From: Syntrophomonadaceae bacterium
GTDB taxonomy: Bacteria; Bacteroidota; Ignavibacteria; Ignavibacteriales; SURF-24
Reading direction: 5' to 3'
Length of the DNA: 64,000 nt
NCBI GenBank assembly: GCA_050259615.1
Contig: JBLNAZ010000020.1
Span: 1,513 to 65,512 of the forward strand
Shown one piece after another: positions 55,012 to 64,000 of this stretch (positions are counted from its first letter, which is position 1; each line of letters starts with the position of its first letter). The notes beneath the pieces are model-generated. The model was not told the origin of the DNA. It worked only from the letters and a program-made list of their open reading frames with translations, and ran no database searches. Made by a program: the position numbers and the translations under genes.

Positions 55012-55049
55012 CAAAAAAAGAATGCCGGCTTTTTAGGCCGGCATTCTTT
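55012..55049 (-). terminator. rho-independent terminator after rhlE
   Basis: AGAATGCCGGC/GCCGGCATTCT 11-bp stem, followed on the minus strand by TTTTTTT. Confidence 0.8.
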
Positions 55050-55081
55050 GTAATGTAATTTCATGAAATTCTGTTCAAATC

Positions 55082-56341
55082 TTAACGCCCGTATCTTGTT
55101 TCCCGCCTGCGGTTTCTGTCTTTAGAAAAAGAGGGGCGGTTTCTTCCTGCCGCAGGCGCATTCTGCCTGGCGGGTGTCTGAAAAGCGCCCGCATATTCCG
55201 TAGTTTTCATCGGGAACGGATGGTCTTCAATTACAGGAATAGATTTATTGATGAGCTTGTTTACATCTTTCAGAAACTGTTTTTCTTCAGAATCGCAGAA
55301 TGAAAGTGCTGTTCCGCCTGCACCGGCTCTTCCTGTACGCCCGATGCGGTGAACGTAAGTTTCGGCAACGTTCGACATCTCAAAATTTATTACGTGCGAC
55401 AGGTCCTCAACGTCAATTCCTCTTGCAGCAATATCGGTTGCAACCAGAACTCTAGTCCTTTTTGTTTTGAAATTGCTTAAAGCCTTCTGGCGTGCGCTCT
55501 GGGATTTGTTGCCGTGAATGGCCTCGGCATTAATGCCTGCCTTTACAAGATCTTCGGCAACTTTATTTGCACCGTGCTTGGTTCGTGTAAAAACGAGTGC
55601 AGAGGCGATTGTGGAACCCTTCAAAAGGTGAATCAGAAGTGATTTTTTGTTGGATTTATCCACAAAGTATACCGACTGATCTATTATATCCACTGTCGAA
55701 GAAACCGGAGTAACGGCAACGTGCAGAGGATTTATCAGAATTGTTGTAGAGAGTGCTTTAATATCCTGCGGCATGGTTGCCGAAAAAAGCATCGTCTGTT
55801 TTTTTGCAGGCAGTTTTGCAATAACCTTTTTAACATCATTAATAAAGCCCATATCCAGCATGCGGTCTGCTTCGTCGAGTACGAACATTTTAACGTGCTG
55901 AAGATGTACATAGCCCTGATTCATAAGATCAAGCAGTCTGCCCGGAGTTGCAATAAGAATATCAACGCCGTTGCGCAAAGCATCTGTCTGGGCTCTCTGC
56001 GGCACGCCGCCAAAGATAACCCTGTGGCGCAAGCCGGTATGTCTTCCGTATGCATTGAAGCTCTCACCAATCTGAATAGCAAGCTCACGGGTTGGAGTTA
56101 ATACCAGCGCCTTAATGGTTCTATTTCCCTTTTCTGCCTGTTTTTCAGAATAAAGTATCTGTAAAACAGGAATTGCAAAAGCGGCTGTTTTTCCAGTGCC
56201 CGTCTGAGCGCAGCCAAGCAGGTCGCGCTTTTCCAGTATAGCCGGAATGGCCTTCTGCTGTATGGGAGTAGGTACAGTATAGCCTTCAGTTTTCAGGGCT
56301 TTCAGAATTGGCTCAATCAGTTTTAAATTTTCAAACGACAT
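55082..56341 (-). CDS. rhlE: DEAD-box ATP-dependent RNA helicase RhlE-like
   Basis: 419 aa. Contains AQTGTGKTAAF, DEAD, SAT, HRIGRTGRAG and a basic C-terminal tail. Confidence 0.9.
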   Translation of the reverse strand: MSFENLKLIEPILKALKTEGYTVPTPIQQKAIPAILEKRDLLGCAQTGTGKTAAFAIPVLQILYSEKQAEKGNRTIKALVLTPTRELAIQIGESFNAYGRHTGLRHRVIFGGVPQRAQTDALRNGVDILIATPGRLLDLMNQGYVHLQHVKMFVLDEADRMLDMGFINDVKKVIAKLPAKKQTMLFSATMPQDIKALSTTILINPLHVAVTPVSSTVDIIDQSVYFVDKSNKKSLLIHLLKGSTIASALVFTRTKHGANKVAEDLVKAGINAEAIHGNKSQSARQKALSNFKTKRTRVLVATDIAARGIDVEDLSHVINFEMSNVAETYVHRIGRTGRAGAGGTALSFCDSEEKQFLKDVNKLINKSIPVIEDHPFPMKTTEYAGAFQTPARQNAPAAGRNRPSFSKDRNRRRETRYGR

Positions 56342-56729
56342 TTTTAAGTTTCCTTTTGTATGTAAAAATCATGTGCGGCCAGGATATTCCTATCCCGTGT
56401 AATCAGCAATTGATCTTCAGTTATTAGATTCACCTGCCGACCTGATCTACAAATCAAAATCTTCTTATATCTTGTTTATTCGGATGAAAATAAAACACGC
56501 TAGTGTTGAAGGGAGTCACCGGAAGCAATCCAAGTTGATAATGCAAGTTTTCTATATGGGGTTATTTTTAGTTAAATAATAACGCCAGGACAAATATACA
56601 AATTAAAGCCGGAATTAACAAAGAATGTACATAAGTGTGAAAAGGGCGGGAATTCCCCAAAAGCCTTAAAACGGCTTAATTCAAGGCAGGAGAAGAAATT
56701 ACCCCGCTTTTTTTTTGGATTTGCCGGAT

Positions 56730-57083
56730 TCAGGCCTGAGTTTCACTTGTAGTACCGGTTTTCTTCTGCTTTGAGGCAATCAGGGTTTTAACCCACGGGT
56801 ATAACCAGTAACCTGCATACCCGTAAAACAGGCAATTAAATAAAAGCGACAAAGACCATGCAAAATAAATATTATAAGAATGCATGCTTTTGAAAAAGAG
56901 CCAGATAAGCGGGAATGTCGGGACTGATCCCGGGATCTGCAGATAAAAGTGCATCTGATCCAGAAAGTCTCCGTTCATTCTGAAGATATCTCCGTTTTCA
57001 ACGGCATTCCGCAAATCTATTCCCAAAGAGACCAAAAGGAACACAACAGCAAATAAAATAAATGTGAGTTTATTTCTTTTCAT
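56730..57083 (-). CDS. hypothetical small membrane protein
   Basis: 117 aa with 3 predicted hydrophobic helices. No recognisable motif. Confidence 0.55.
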   Translation of the reverse strand: MKRNKLTFILFAVVFLLVSLGIDLRNAVENGDIFRMNGDFLDQMHFYLQIPGSVPTFPLIWLFFKSMHSYNIYFAWSLSLLFNCLFYGYAGYWLYPWVKTLIASKQKKTGTTSETQA

Positions 57084-57190
57084 TAAATATGATTTCTTAA
57101 ATAGTTAATATAAATAATACATCAGATCCGGGTTTGCAAAGATAAGTATTTTCCCTGAAATAAAATATTAATTTACTTCTGCAAGCCAGG

Positions 57191-58213
57191 TCAGAAGTCC
57201 AGAATGGGCTTAAATTCCAACTGAATAATGCTGCCATCCTTAATTAAATACTTTTTATTCCCATTTTTATATTTTACTTCAATCGTGGGACGGAAAAACA
57301 GATAATCGCGGTGTATACGCGACTTGTTCTTCCCGCCCGGGAAATCCTCATTGTTCCCAAAGGCAATGTGGGCTGTAAATAGAGCTTTTTCATCTTCAAG
57401 CATATTGCCTGTAATGCGGGCGCCCGGGTTAAGACCTATTCCCAGCTCACCGATTACTTTTGCTTCCTCGTCCACCTCTGAAAGCAGAGTTATTCTACGC
57501 ACCAGGTCATTATCTTCACTTTCAAAGTGAGTAATTCTGCCCTCATGTACAAAAACTTTCAGGGGACTTTTAAGCAGGCCAATATCCCCGATGCTTGCGT
57601 TAAAGACAATAACTCCTTCAGCTTCGGTTTCCACTGGCGCGCAGTAAATTTCCCCGCAGGGGATGTTGCACATTTCACCTTCTTTTAACCCAATGTCGCT
57701 GGTGAATTTTCTATCCCTGATTCCAAGCTTAATATCGGTTCCCTCCGGTGTTGTGATATGCAGTTCATCTGCATTTTCGAGCCCCATTTTAAGCCTTTCT
57801 GCACTCAGGCTCATTCTGCTGAAATCGACATTAACCGAGTTTAGCATCATGTCTTCGGTAATTCCCGGCATGTGGCCCATTCTTATTTTTATATTTTCTT
57901 CGACCCTAAAAATCCACTTGATCCTGAATGGAATCTCTTCAGGAATAGAACGCATGATATTCAGCACTATCGTCTTTTCAGGCAGAAGATTTTCCAGCTC
58001 CGCGGGAATTTCCTTCAACGGACGCAAACTGTCTGCAATGAGAAAATTTTCAGTGAAGCAATGAAATTGCTCAAGAGCTTCACCAAATGCGCTGGCAATA
58101 TTTTGAGAGTATGTGTCTGAAATTACAAGAACTTTATCGGCCGGCGTTGGATTAAAAATATATTTCAGTGTCCCCAAAGCAGCAGCTGTCATTTTTTCCT
58201 GCTTGTTTTCCAT
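57191..58213 (-). CDS. M29-family (AmpS/PepS-like) aminopeptidase
   Basis: 340 aa. Contains CGEIYCAPVE, GELGIGLNP, HIAFGNN and RIHRD, motifs I associate with thermophilic metalloaminopeptidases. Confidence 0.65.
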   Translation of the reverse strand: MENKQEKMTAAALGTLKYIFNPTPADKVLVISDTYSQNIASAFGEALEQFHCFTENFLIADSLRPLKEIPAELENLLPEKTIVLNIMRSIPEEIPFRIKWIFRVEENIKIRMGHMPGITEDMMLNSVNVDFSRMSLSAERLKMGLENADELHITTPEGTDIKLGIRDRKFTSDIGLKEGEMCNIPCGEIYCAPVETEAEGVIVFNASIGDIGLLKSPLKVFVHEGRITHFESEDNDLVRRITLLSEVDEEAKVIGELGIGLNPGARITGNMLEDEKALFTAHIAFGNNEDFPGGKNKSRIHRDYLFFRPTIEVKYKNGNKKYLIKDGSIIQLEFKPILDF

Positions 58214-58348
58214 TTTTATCCTCCCCTCTTAAATTGAATTTCCAGGCCTGCAATACACTATAATTGTCTTAGAAATATTGAAAGAAGGCAGTCAAAAAAA
58301 AGGATATAAAGTTCCGGCCAGATGCCCTTACGCAGGCGGCCCTAATAT

Positions 58349-59428
58349 TTAGTATTTTTTCAGATAACTCAGGAGCTGATAAAGGCTCTTATCTCCAAAC
58401 TCCGATTTAACCTTCCGGAAACCTTTGCCGTATGTATCGTCCTCATCATCTTCAAGCTGCCTGATCAGCTCATTTGCTTTTGAACTGTTAAGAGTTCTTA
58501 AATACAGGTAAGACATAAAGTTACAGCTCCCTTCCCGGAGTTTATCAGGATGGTCGTCCTTTGTATTATCATTAAGCCATACGTGCATCAGCTCATGGGC
58601 AATTACAGATTCAATATTCAGCGAAGGCACGCCGTTCAGGACAAATATCTCATGTTTCTTTGTACTTTTTGATGCGCGATTATTTATGTACTCTGTTTGT
58701 GAACTGGTGTTGCAGATACCCCGCATATTGCCGTCGTACCTGTTTCCGGCAGCTCTTTTTAGTTCTCTTCTGTCTACACCCCTGATTGAAATAGTCCTTT
58801 CGCTGAAATTAAGTCCCAGGCTTTTAAGTCTCTGCATAACTTTGCTCAATAAAGAATTTATCCGGGAATTGTCGAATACCGCATCCTGAAAGCACAAATT
58901 GCAAATGTGTCTTCCATCTGAATAAGCTCTTCCTCCGCCAGTGGTTTTTTCGGAAATGATTCTGCTGCAGTTATCGCATTTGGAAAGTTCACTGTTATGA
59001 TAGGAATGGTATTTGTTTCCATAGGGGTCAATTGTATATTCCCCCTTAAGAGGCCTTCCGCATACGGCGCATTTGGAAAGCACGTTATTCTCATAGCAGT
59101 CCGGGTGGTACTTTTTCCCTTCACTTGTAACGTATTCCCCTCTTATGATCTTTTTGCAGTAGTCACATATTAAACCTTCCTTTACGGCATAGCAGTCGGG
59201 ATGAAAAAACCTGTCGCCCTTTTCCGCAAAGGGACCTGTAATAACTTTTCCGCACCCGGCACACAAAAAGTGTTTAGGGTGGAAGTATTTTCCATCGGCT
59301 TCAATATATCTGCCCGTGATCTTTTTACCGCAATAATCACATTCCTCCTGAGTCTGCGCATAAAGCGGTGAAAGAAAGAAAATTATGAGCAGAAAGCCGA
59401 AAATATATTTTGAATTTAACCTGTTCAT
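58349..59428 (-). CDS. secreted LIM-type zinc-finger protein with C-terminal DA1-like zinc metallopeptidase domain
   Basis: 359 aa. Signal peptide (...LSPLYAQ). CDYCGKKITGRY...HPKHFLCAGCGKVI...HPDCY is a canonical LIM spacing, followed by a second LIM-like unit. KCDNC...HICNLCF and HELMHVWL plus EGSCNF and YGKGF parallel plant DA1 C-terminal motifs. Confidence 0.7.
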   Translation of the reverse strand: MNRLNSKYIFGFLLIIFFLSPLYAQTQEECDYCGKKITGRYIEADGKYFHPKHFLCAGCGKVITGPFAEKGDRFFHPDCYAVKEGLICDYCKKIIRGEYVTSEGKKYHPDCYENNVLSKCAVCGRPLKGEYTIDPYGNKYHSYHNSELSKCDNCSRIISEKTTGGGRAYSDGRHICNLCFQDAVFDNSRINSLLSKVMQRLKSLGLNFSERTISIRGVDRRELKRAAGNRYDGNMRGICNTSSQTEYINNRASKSTKKHEIFVLNGVPSLNIESVIAHELMHVWLNDNTKDDHPDKLREGSCNFMSYLYLRTLNSSKANELIRQLEDDEDDTYGKGFRKVKSEFGDKSLYQLLSYLKKY

Positions 59429-59448
59429 CTGTTTTAAATTTTTACTTA

Positions 59449-59478
59449 AAATAAAAAGGGCTCCTTATTAAGAGCCCT
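59449..59478 (-). terminator. probable terminator of the TonB receptor gene, about 20 nt upstream of the DA1-like start
   Basis: AGGGCTC/GAGCCCT stem, followed on the minus strand by TTTTTATTTT. Confidence 0.55.
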
Positions 59479-59621
59479 GCAAATATCACAAATTTACCAT
59501 TAATCAAAAACGTCAAAAATAATTCCTATGCCTGCCGGGAATTTGGCCATGAAGCAATTATCTATACTCTATTTTGTTCAGCCGGCTGAAGAGAGAATTC
59601 CTGGAAAGTTCTTAATCCGCA

Positions 59622-61781
59622 TTAATTAAATCCTATAGATAAAGAAGCTGAAATATTCGCCGGAAGCCCGGGTTCGAGGTAAACGGGACTTCCCTGTAGA
59701 ACATCAGGATTTACAAATGCCGAGGCTGCATATTTCTGGTCAGTGAGGTTATTTATACCCACCTGTCCCTTAAGGCTCAAGCGGTCACTGATCCTGAAGT
59801 CATCAAATCCAATATATGCGTTTATTATGTTGTAGGCCGGGACCTCTGTTTTATTTGCGTCATCGGCGAAGTACTTTCCGACTCCGTTAAAATCTATTTT
59901 CAGGTAAGAACCCAACAGGAATTCAGGTTTATAGATTATTCCTGCACTGTAAAAAACGTCGGGCACACCGGCTGTTTTGTTTCCTGAATAGTCGGCAAAC
60001 TTTCCAGCCTTAGACAAGTCGTAATGCACGGAATCAACTTTGTACTCATCATATTTATTTATAGAATAACTGAGGCTCCCCTGCAGGGATAATGAATGGA
60101 AGAAATTAAATATAGTGCTCACCTCAACTCCCGCCCTGTGTGTCCTGCCCGCTGTAAAGAAAAACCTCCCTCCCCTGTATGGGATTATATCGTTCTTTAT
60201 ACTGATATAATATAATGCCACATCATACGAGGCTGAGCTGATGAAACCGCCGACAGGCAGTATATGTCTTGTGCCCACTTCAAATGTGGTTGAGGTGATC
60301 GGTTCCAGGAGAGGATTTATGAGATAGACTGTATCCTGCCCGTATGTTCCAGCCGGGTCTGTTTCATTGCCCGCCGGGACCTCAATGCCGCCTCCGAGAT
60401 TTGCGTAAATGCTCTGAAGAGGTGTAATTCTAAAAACAATTCCCGCCTTGGGAGAGAACTTTTCAAAAGATTTCTTCTGATAATTGTTAGTTTGAGCAAC
60501 GTAGCTTTCATAGAAATATGTCACATTATCGTACCGGCCCCCAAGAGTAAGGCCGAGCTTCCCCAAAAGAGTTATTTCATCCTGAAAGAATGCGCCTAAG
60601 CTGTTTGCTCCTTCTCTTTTATTGTCCCTCAGCTCACTTCCGCGACCGTTTGTCGGGGACAAACTATAAAACAGAATTGCCCCGTCCTGGTAGGCTTCAT
60701 CCATGCCGAGAGAGAATCTGTTTTCAATATCACCGGGATTACCCGATCTATTACTGTAGATTAAATTGCCCCCGGTGTGATAGCGTGTAAAATCCCTGAA
60801 GGTGCCTCTTTCCGAACGCTGCAGGTATTTTGGATTTATATAAGCCAGAGATGAAATTGAGTTAGACTCATCTATATTGTCCTCAAATGCAAGGCCAATT
60901 CTTCCCAGCCGGTTAAACCTGCGTTCATCTCTTGCCTCATAGGTGGGATTTGACAATTGAGGATCCCGGTCAAACTGTGCCTTTGTTAAAGGTCCCGGTA
61001 TGTGAAAGATGTCTGAAGTGCCTGCAATAAATATTCCTAAAGCGGAGGCTGCATCGGGCTTCGACAAAATCCCCAGGTTCACAAGCGACCTGCTGCTTTC
61101 GGAATGTCTCCGCCATCCGTTAAAATTTACATTAGAGAAAGAGGCATAGAGTTTACCCTGTCCCAATGGAGCACCCGTCCTTAATATAAAATTATTCAGT
61201 CCGAAGCTGCCGAAGGTTTCAGAGGTTGTAATATAAGGGCTGCTGAAATCAGGCACCGTTGAAATATTTATAACTCCCCCGGAGGCATTTCCCCATAATG
61301 CCGAAGCATTTGAGCGGATGACTTCCACACCTTCAGCTATATTGGGGTCGATAAGATCAAATGATGTTCTTCCGTCAGGCTCGGTCTCAGGTATGCCGTC
61401 GAGCAGAATTTTAAGTCCCCTGGATGTTCCCGAATTGGAGCGGTCGCCTGCCCCGCGGGCGCCGAAGCCGCGGATTGTAAGACGCACATCCTGGCTGCCG
61501 TAGCGCGACTGGGCCAGTACGCCTGGAACTGTTCTTAATATTTCATCCAGACCGTAGCCCCGTTCGGCCTTTAGCTGCTCACGGCCAAGGACAGTCACTG
61601 CATACGGAATCTGCATAATGTTTTCAGGGTAACGGGCCGCAGATACAGTAATTTGGCTCAGGTAGTAAACCGTGGAATCAGCCCTTCCGTTTTCCCGTTT
61701 GCCCTGGCGGTCCTGAAGCCGGGCAAATGATAATTGAAAGAGAAGACAGTTTATGATGGAAAACAGCATAAATTTTTTCAT
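59622..61781 (-). CDS. TonB-dependent receptor
   Basis: 719 aa. Signal peptide, plug region (LDEILRTVPGV..., IRGFGARG, EVIRSNASALWGNASGGVINI), a beta-barrel and C-terminal SIGFN. Confidence 0.88.
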   Translation of the reverse strand: MKKFMLFSIINCLLFQLSFARLQDRQGKRENGRADSTVYYLSQITVSAARYPENIMQIPYAVTVLGREQLKAERGYGLDEILRTVPGVLAQSRYGSQDVRLTIRGFGARGAGDRSNSGTSRGLKILLDGIPETEPDGRTSFDLIDPNIAEGVEVIRSNASALWGNASGGVINISTVPDFSSPYITTSETFGSFGLNNFILRTGAPLGQGKLYASFSNVNFNGWRRHSESSRSLVNLGILSKPDAASALGIFIAGTSDIFHIPGPLTKAQFDRDPQLSNPTYEARDERRFNRLGRIGLAFEDNIDESNSISSLAYINPKYLQRSERGTFRDFTRYHTGGNLIYSNRSGNPGDIENRFSLGMDEAYQDGAILFYSLSPTNGRGSELRDNKREGANSLGAFFQDEITLLGKLGLTLGGRYDNVTYFYESYVAQTNNYQKKSFEKFSPKAGIVFRITPLQSIYANLGGGIEVPAGNETDPAGTYGQDTVYLINPLLEPITSTTFEVGTRHILPVGGFISSASYDVALYYISIKNDIIPYRGGRFFFTAGRTHRAGVEVSTIFNFFHSLSLQGSLSYSINKYDEYKVDSVHYDLSKAGKFADYSGNKTAGVPDVFYSAGIIYKPEFLLGSYLKIDFNGVGKYFADDANKTEVPAYNIINAYIGFDDFRISDRLSLKGQVGINNLTDQKYAASAFVNPDVLQGSPVYLEPGLPANISASLSIGFN

Positions 61782-61888
61782 TGTCAGATTCCTTACATAA
61801 TGTCCCGCTTTTAACCGATAATAATTATTTTACCGCGAGGAGTCCAGCCAAATTTAAGGAAAAAGAGGCGATTGAGAAACTCTTTCCT

Positions 61889-61920
61889 AAAAAAAAGTCC
61901 CGGTAAAAAAGCCGGGACTT
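61889..61920 (-). terminator. rho-independent terminator after the DUF5916-like gene
   Basis: AGTCCCGG/CCGGGACT stem, followed on the minus strand by eight T. Confidence 0.8.
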
Positions 61921-61943
61921 TCCTTAAGGCAATAAATAACTGC

Positions 61944-64000
61944 CTAGAGCCAGTAAGACAACTTCAGCATAAATATATTATCCGGCTTTACGTCAAATAA
62001 ACTCTCAGATGAACGGCCAAAACCAAAGCCGGCCTCTGAGTCCTCATTGAACCTGTTCTGAGTCCAGACAAGATACAATGTTGATCCGGGCAGGTATTCC
62101 CATCTTAGAACTGCGCTTCCGCGAAGTGAGAGATAGTTGAAATCGGGGTTGCTGATTACCTTTGAGTCCGCACTGCCCTGCTGCCCGTCGGCATCAAGTA
62201 AATAGATTATCTGCCCGTCCGGTTTTACTGTTTTCTCCAGTGTTGAACCATTTTCACCATACTTAATGAAGTCAAAAGTCCCCGGCTCCACTAGTGCCTT
62301 AAAGTCACGGTATTTACCCGAAGCAATAAGAGGCTGAAGGTACATCTGGAGACTCAGCTTAGGGCTTATTATCCAGTCTGTGCGGAAATTCATGGAATAG
62401 ACACTCTGGTCCATGCAGGCAAAGACGTAGCGTCTGCCATATGTTTCGCCGGCTTTCCGGTCGGGGTAGGCTGTTACCCACTGTGCATTAAGGTTATCCC
62501 TGGAATATCCTGGTCCTGCCTGAAGTGTAAGTGTAGTAGTCAGCTTTAATTCCAGAGTAGTATTTAAGCTGTAGGAGCGGGCATCCTCGCCTGAACGTGA
62601 AGAGGCAGTTAAAATAACGAACCACCATGGGCGGTTGTCTGTATTGGCCGTTAAGGTGAAGCTGCGGCTTACGGGGTTTTGTGTCAGAGGACCGCCGCGT
62701 GTCTTACGAGCGTTGTAACTTTTGGGATTATAAATATATGAAACCTGTACACCATAGAGGTTAGGGAGCATGAGATTGCTGCTCATATATAATCCGTTTG
62801 AGGTTCTGTTGCCGCTGAAATCGTAATTAGTAAAGACAGCACCCCAAAGGTTAAAATTCCTGTAAAACCAGGCCGGTTCTGTCCATCTGTATCCGACAGC
62901 AGCATGAAAGTTTATGACGTCGCTGTAAGAATTAAAGCCCAGGTCATTTATTTCAAATTTGGGACTTAGGAAGCCCAAGGCAGAGTTAAAGATCCAGGGG
63001 CCCCTGTTCTTATTGACCACCAGTCTTCCTGCAAAGCCTGTTAAATGTACAGCTGAGCTGTCCACATGGAGATATTTTGCATCGGGTCTCTGGAAATAAT
63101 GGCCTGAATTTCTCTGAAGGGCAATCATGCGTTCAGTGCTTCCCGTTACATTTGAAATGGCGCCCCACCCGTTGAGGACAAATGTGCCTTCTTTATCAAG
63201 ATATGTCCATCCGTCCATTGCTGCAGTAAGTGCATTAGCGTTAATGTAACTGCTCAGGCTTTTGTCGTTAAAAATCCTATCGGTAAAAGTTGCAAGCAGG
63301 CCCAGCCCCTGCCGCCTGTTGTTAAAATCTTTCTGGGCGCGGAAGACTCCGTAATAAGTAAGGGGTTCAATCTCAGGGCTTTTTCTATTTCCCTCAAGAT
63401 CAATTTCTGCAAATTCTCTTTCTGTAAGGGCGTGAATTGTTCCTATTCTCCATCCGTCAAAAATTTTACCCGTAATTTTTGCTGCGCCCAGGATGTGTGT
63501 TCCCTTCGGTATGTCGGCATAGTCATAAGCCGGCAGGGGACCCTGCGGGGCTCTTCCTATGCGGCGGCTGTAAAAAATGGTTGGGGTGGCCCAGTTGATG
63601 CCCATATTACTGTTTATTCCCCCGCGGCCGAAGGTAAATATTGTAACCCCCTCGGTAAAGAACGGGCGCTTCTCTTCAAAAGATGATTCTACGTCAGTCA
63701 GGTTTACTACGGCAGGATCAACTTCCACCTGTCCGAAGTCAGGATTTATTGTGGCATTAAGCGTCAGACTGGGGCCAAGGCCGGCTCTTATGTCAAGCCC
63801 CGCACCCGGCAGATATCTGTGTCCCGTGTTGAAAGGATCGTTTTTACTGCTTCTCACAAATTCGCCTTTTGCAGTTACATAGGGAAGAAGCTCAAAGCGT
63901 GCCTTAGGTGATATCCCTTCAATTCCCGCCAGTTCAGGAAACCTTGAAGTAAATCCGCTTTCATTATAGGGAGTATAAGCCAGCACATCGGTTTCAACAT
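61944..64000 (-). CDS. DUF5916-like outer-membrane/carbohydrate-binding-associated protein (5' end beyond window)
   Basis: The frame stays open upstream of the track's GTG (63986) to the window edge. INPDFGQVEVDPAVVNLTDVESSFEEKRPFFTEG is the motif I associate with DUF5916 proteins. Ends LKLSYWL. Confidence 0.6.
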   Translation of the reverse strand, partial: VETDVLAYTPYNESGFTSRFPELAGIEGISPKARFELLPYVTAKGEFVRSSKNDPFNTGHRYLPGAGLDIRAGLGPSLTLNATINPDFGQVEVDPAVVNLTDVESSFEEKRPFFTEGVTIFTFGRGGINSNMGINWATPTIFYSRRIGRAPQGPLPAYDYADIPKGTHILGAAKITGKIFDGWRIGTIHALTEREFAEIDLEGNRKSPEIEPLTYYGVFRAQKDFNNRRQGLGLLATFTDRIFNDKSLSSYINANALTAAMDGWTYLDKEGTFVLNGWGAISNVTGSTERMIALQRNSGHYFQRPDAKYLHVDSSAVHLTGFAGRLVVNKNRGPWIFNSALGFLSPKFEINDLGFNSYSDVINFHAAVGYRWTEPAWFYRNFNLWGAVFTNYDFSGNRTSNGLYMSSNLMLPNLYGVQVSYIYNPKSYNARKTRGGPLTQNPVSRSFTLTANTDNRPWWFVILTASSRSGEDARSYSLNTTLELKLTTTLTLQAGPGYSRDNLNAQWVTAYPDRKAGETYGRRYVFACMDQSVYSMNFRTDWIISPKLSLQMYLQPLIASGKYRDFKALVEPGTFDFIKYGENGSTLEKTVKPDGQIIYLLDADGQQGSADSKVISNPDFNYLSLRGSAVLRWEYLPGSTLYLVWTQNRFNEDSEAGFGFGRSSESLFDVKPDNIFMLKLSYWL

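Noticed and set aside
1-64000. Searched by eye for transposases, integrases, phage genes, toxin-antitoxin pairs, cas genes, rRNA and tRNA
   Set aside because: None was recognised. The window looks like core chromosome plus envelope and accessory genes, not a mobile island. A composition-based HGT test cannot be done reliably without computation.

Overview
Dense 64-kb chromosomal segment with about 45 CDS. I saw no rRNA, tRNA, CRISPR array, transposase or integrase. All family calls come from reading motifs in the supplied translations and in my own translations of unlisted frames. No similarity search was possible.

The likely source is an FCB-superphylum bacterium (Ignavibacteria/Bacteroidota-like). 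This is inferred from several secreted proteins ending in T9SS-type C-terminal sorting domains (NYPNPFNP...), a PorV-like gene and CarboxypepD_reg-type TonB receptors.

Layout:
- 1-7.7 kb: minus-strand branched-chain amino acid operon ilvD-ilvB-ilvN-ilvC-leuB-leuA, preceded by an unlisted 56-aa Ile/Val/Leu-rich ORF.
- 8.6-15.5 kb: DeaD helicase, an orphan type II thioesterase, a saccharopine-dehydrogenase-like gene, a YbaK deacylase and an NfeD-stomatin pair.
- 16.5-21.9 kb: short 6PGDH, a cyclase, a two-gene ergothioneine module (egtB-egtD) and a YeiH-like transporter.
- 23-40 kb: cell-envelope region with a TonB-receptor/1186-aa protein/PorV-like operon, an FG-GAP cargo protein, a SurA-like PPIase, a GT39 glycosyltransferase and a 697-aa cargo protein.
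- 40.0-44.0 kb: the most interesting locus. It is a co-directional cassette of MarR, an ArsM-like SAM methyltransferase, an unlisted 31-aa three-Cys peptide ORF with a strong SD and its own terminator, a radical SAM/SPASM enzyme, and an N-terminal thioredoxin::thioredoxin-reductase fusion. It looks like an uncharacterised peptide-modification (RiPP-like) or thiol/metalloid-handling system.
- 44-64 kb: multi-PAS histidine kinase, secreted Bcp peroxiredoxin, TPR protein, MCP, porin, HrpB, RhlE, M29 aminopeptidase, a secreted LIM + DA1-like peptidase, a TonB receptor and a partial DUF5916-like protein.
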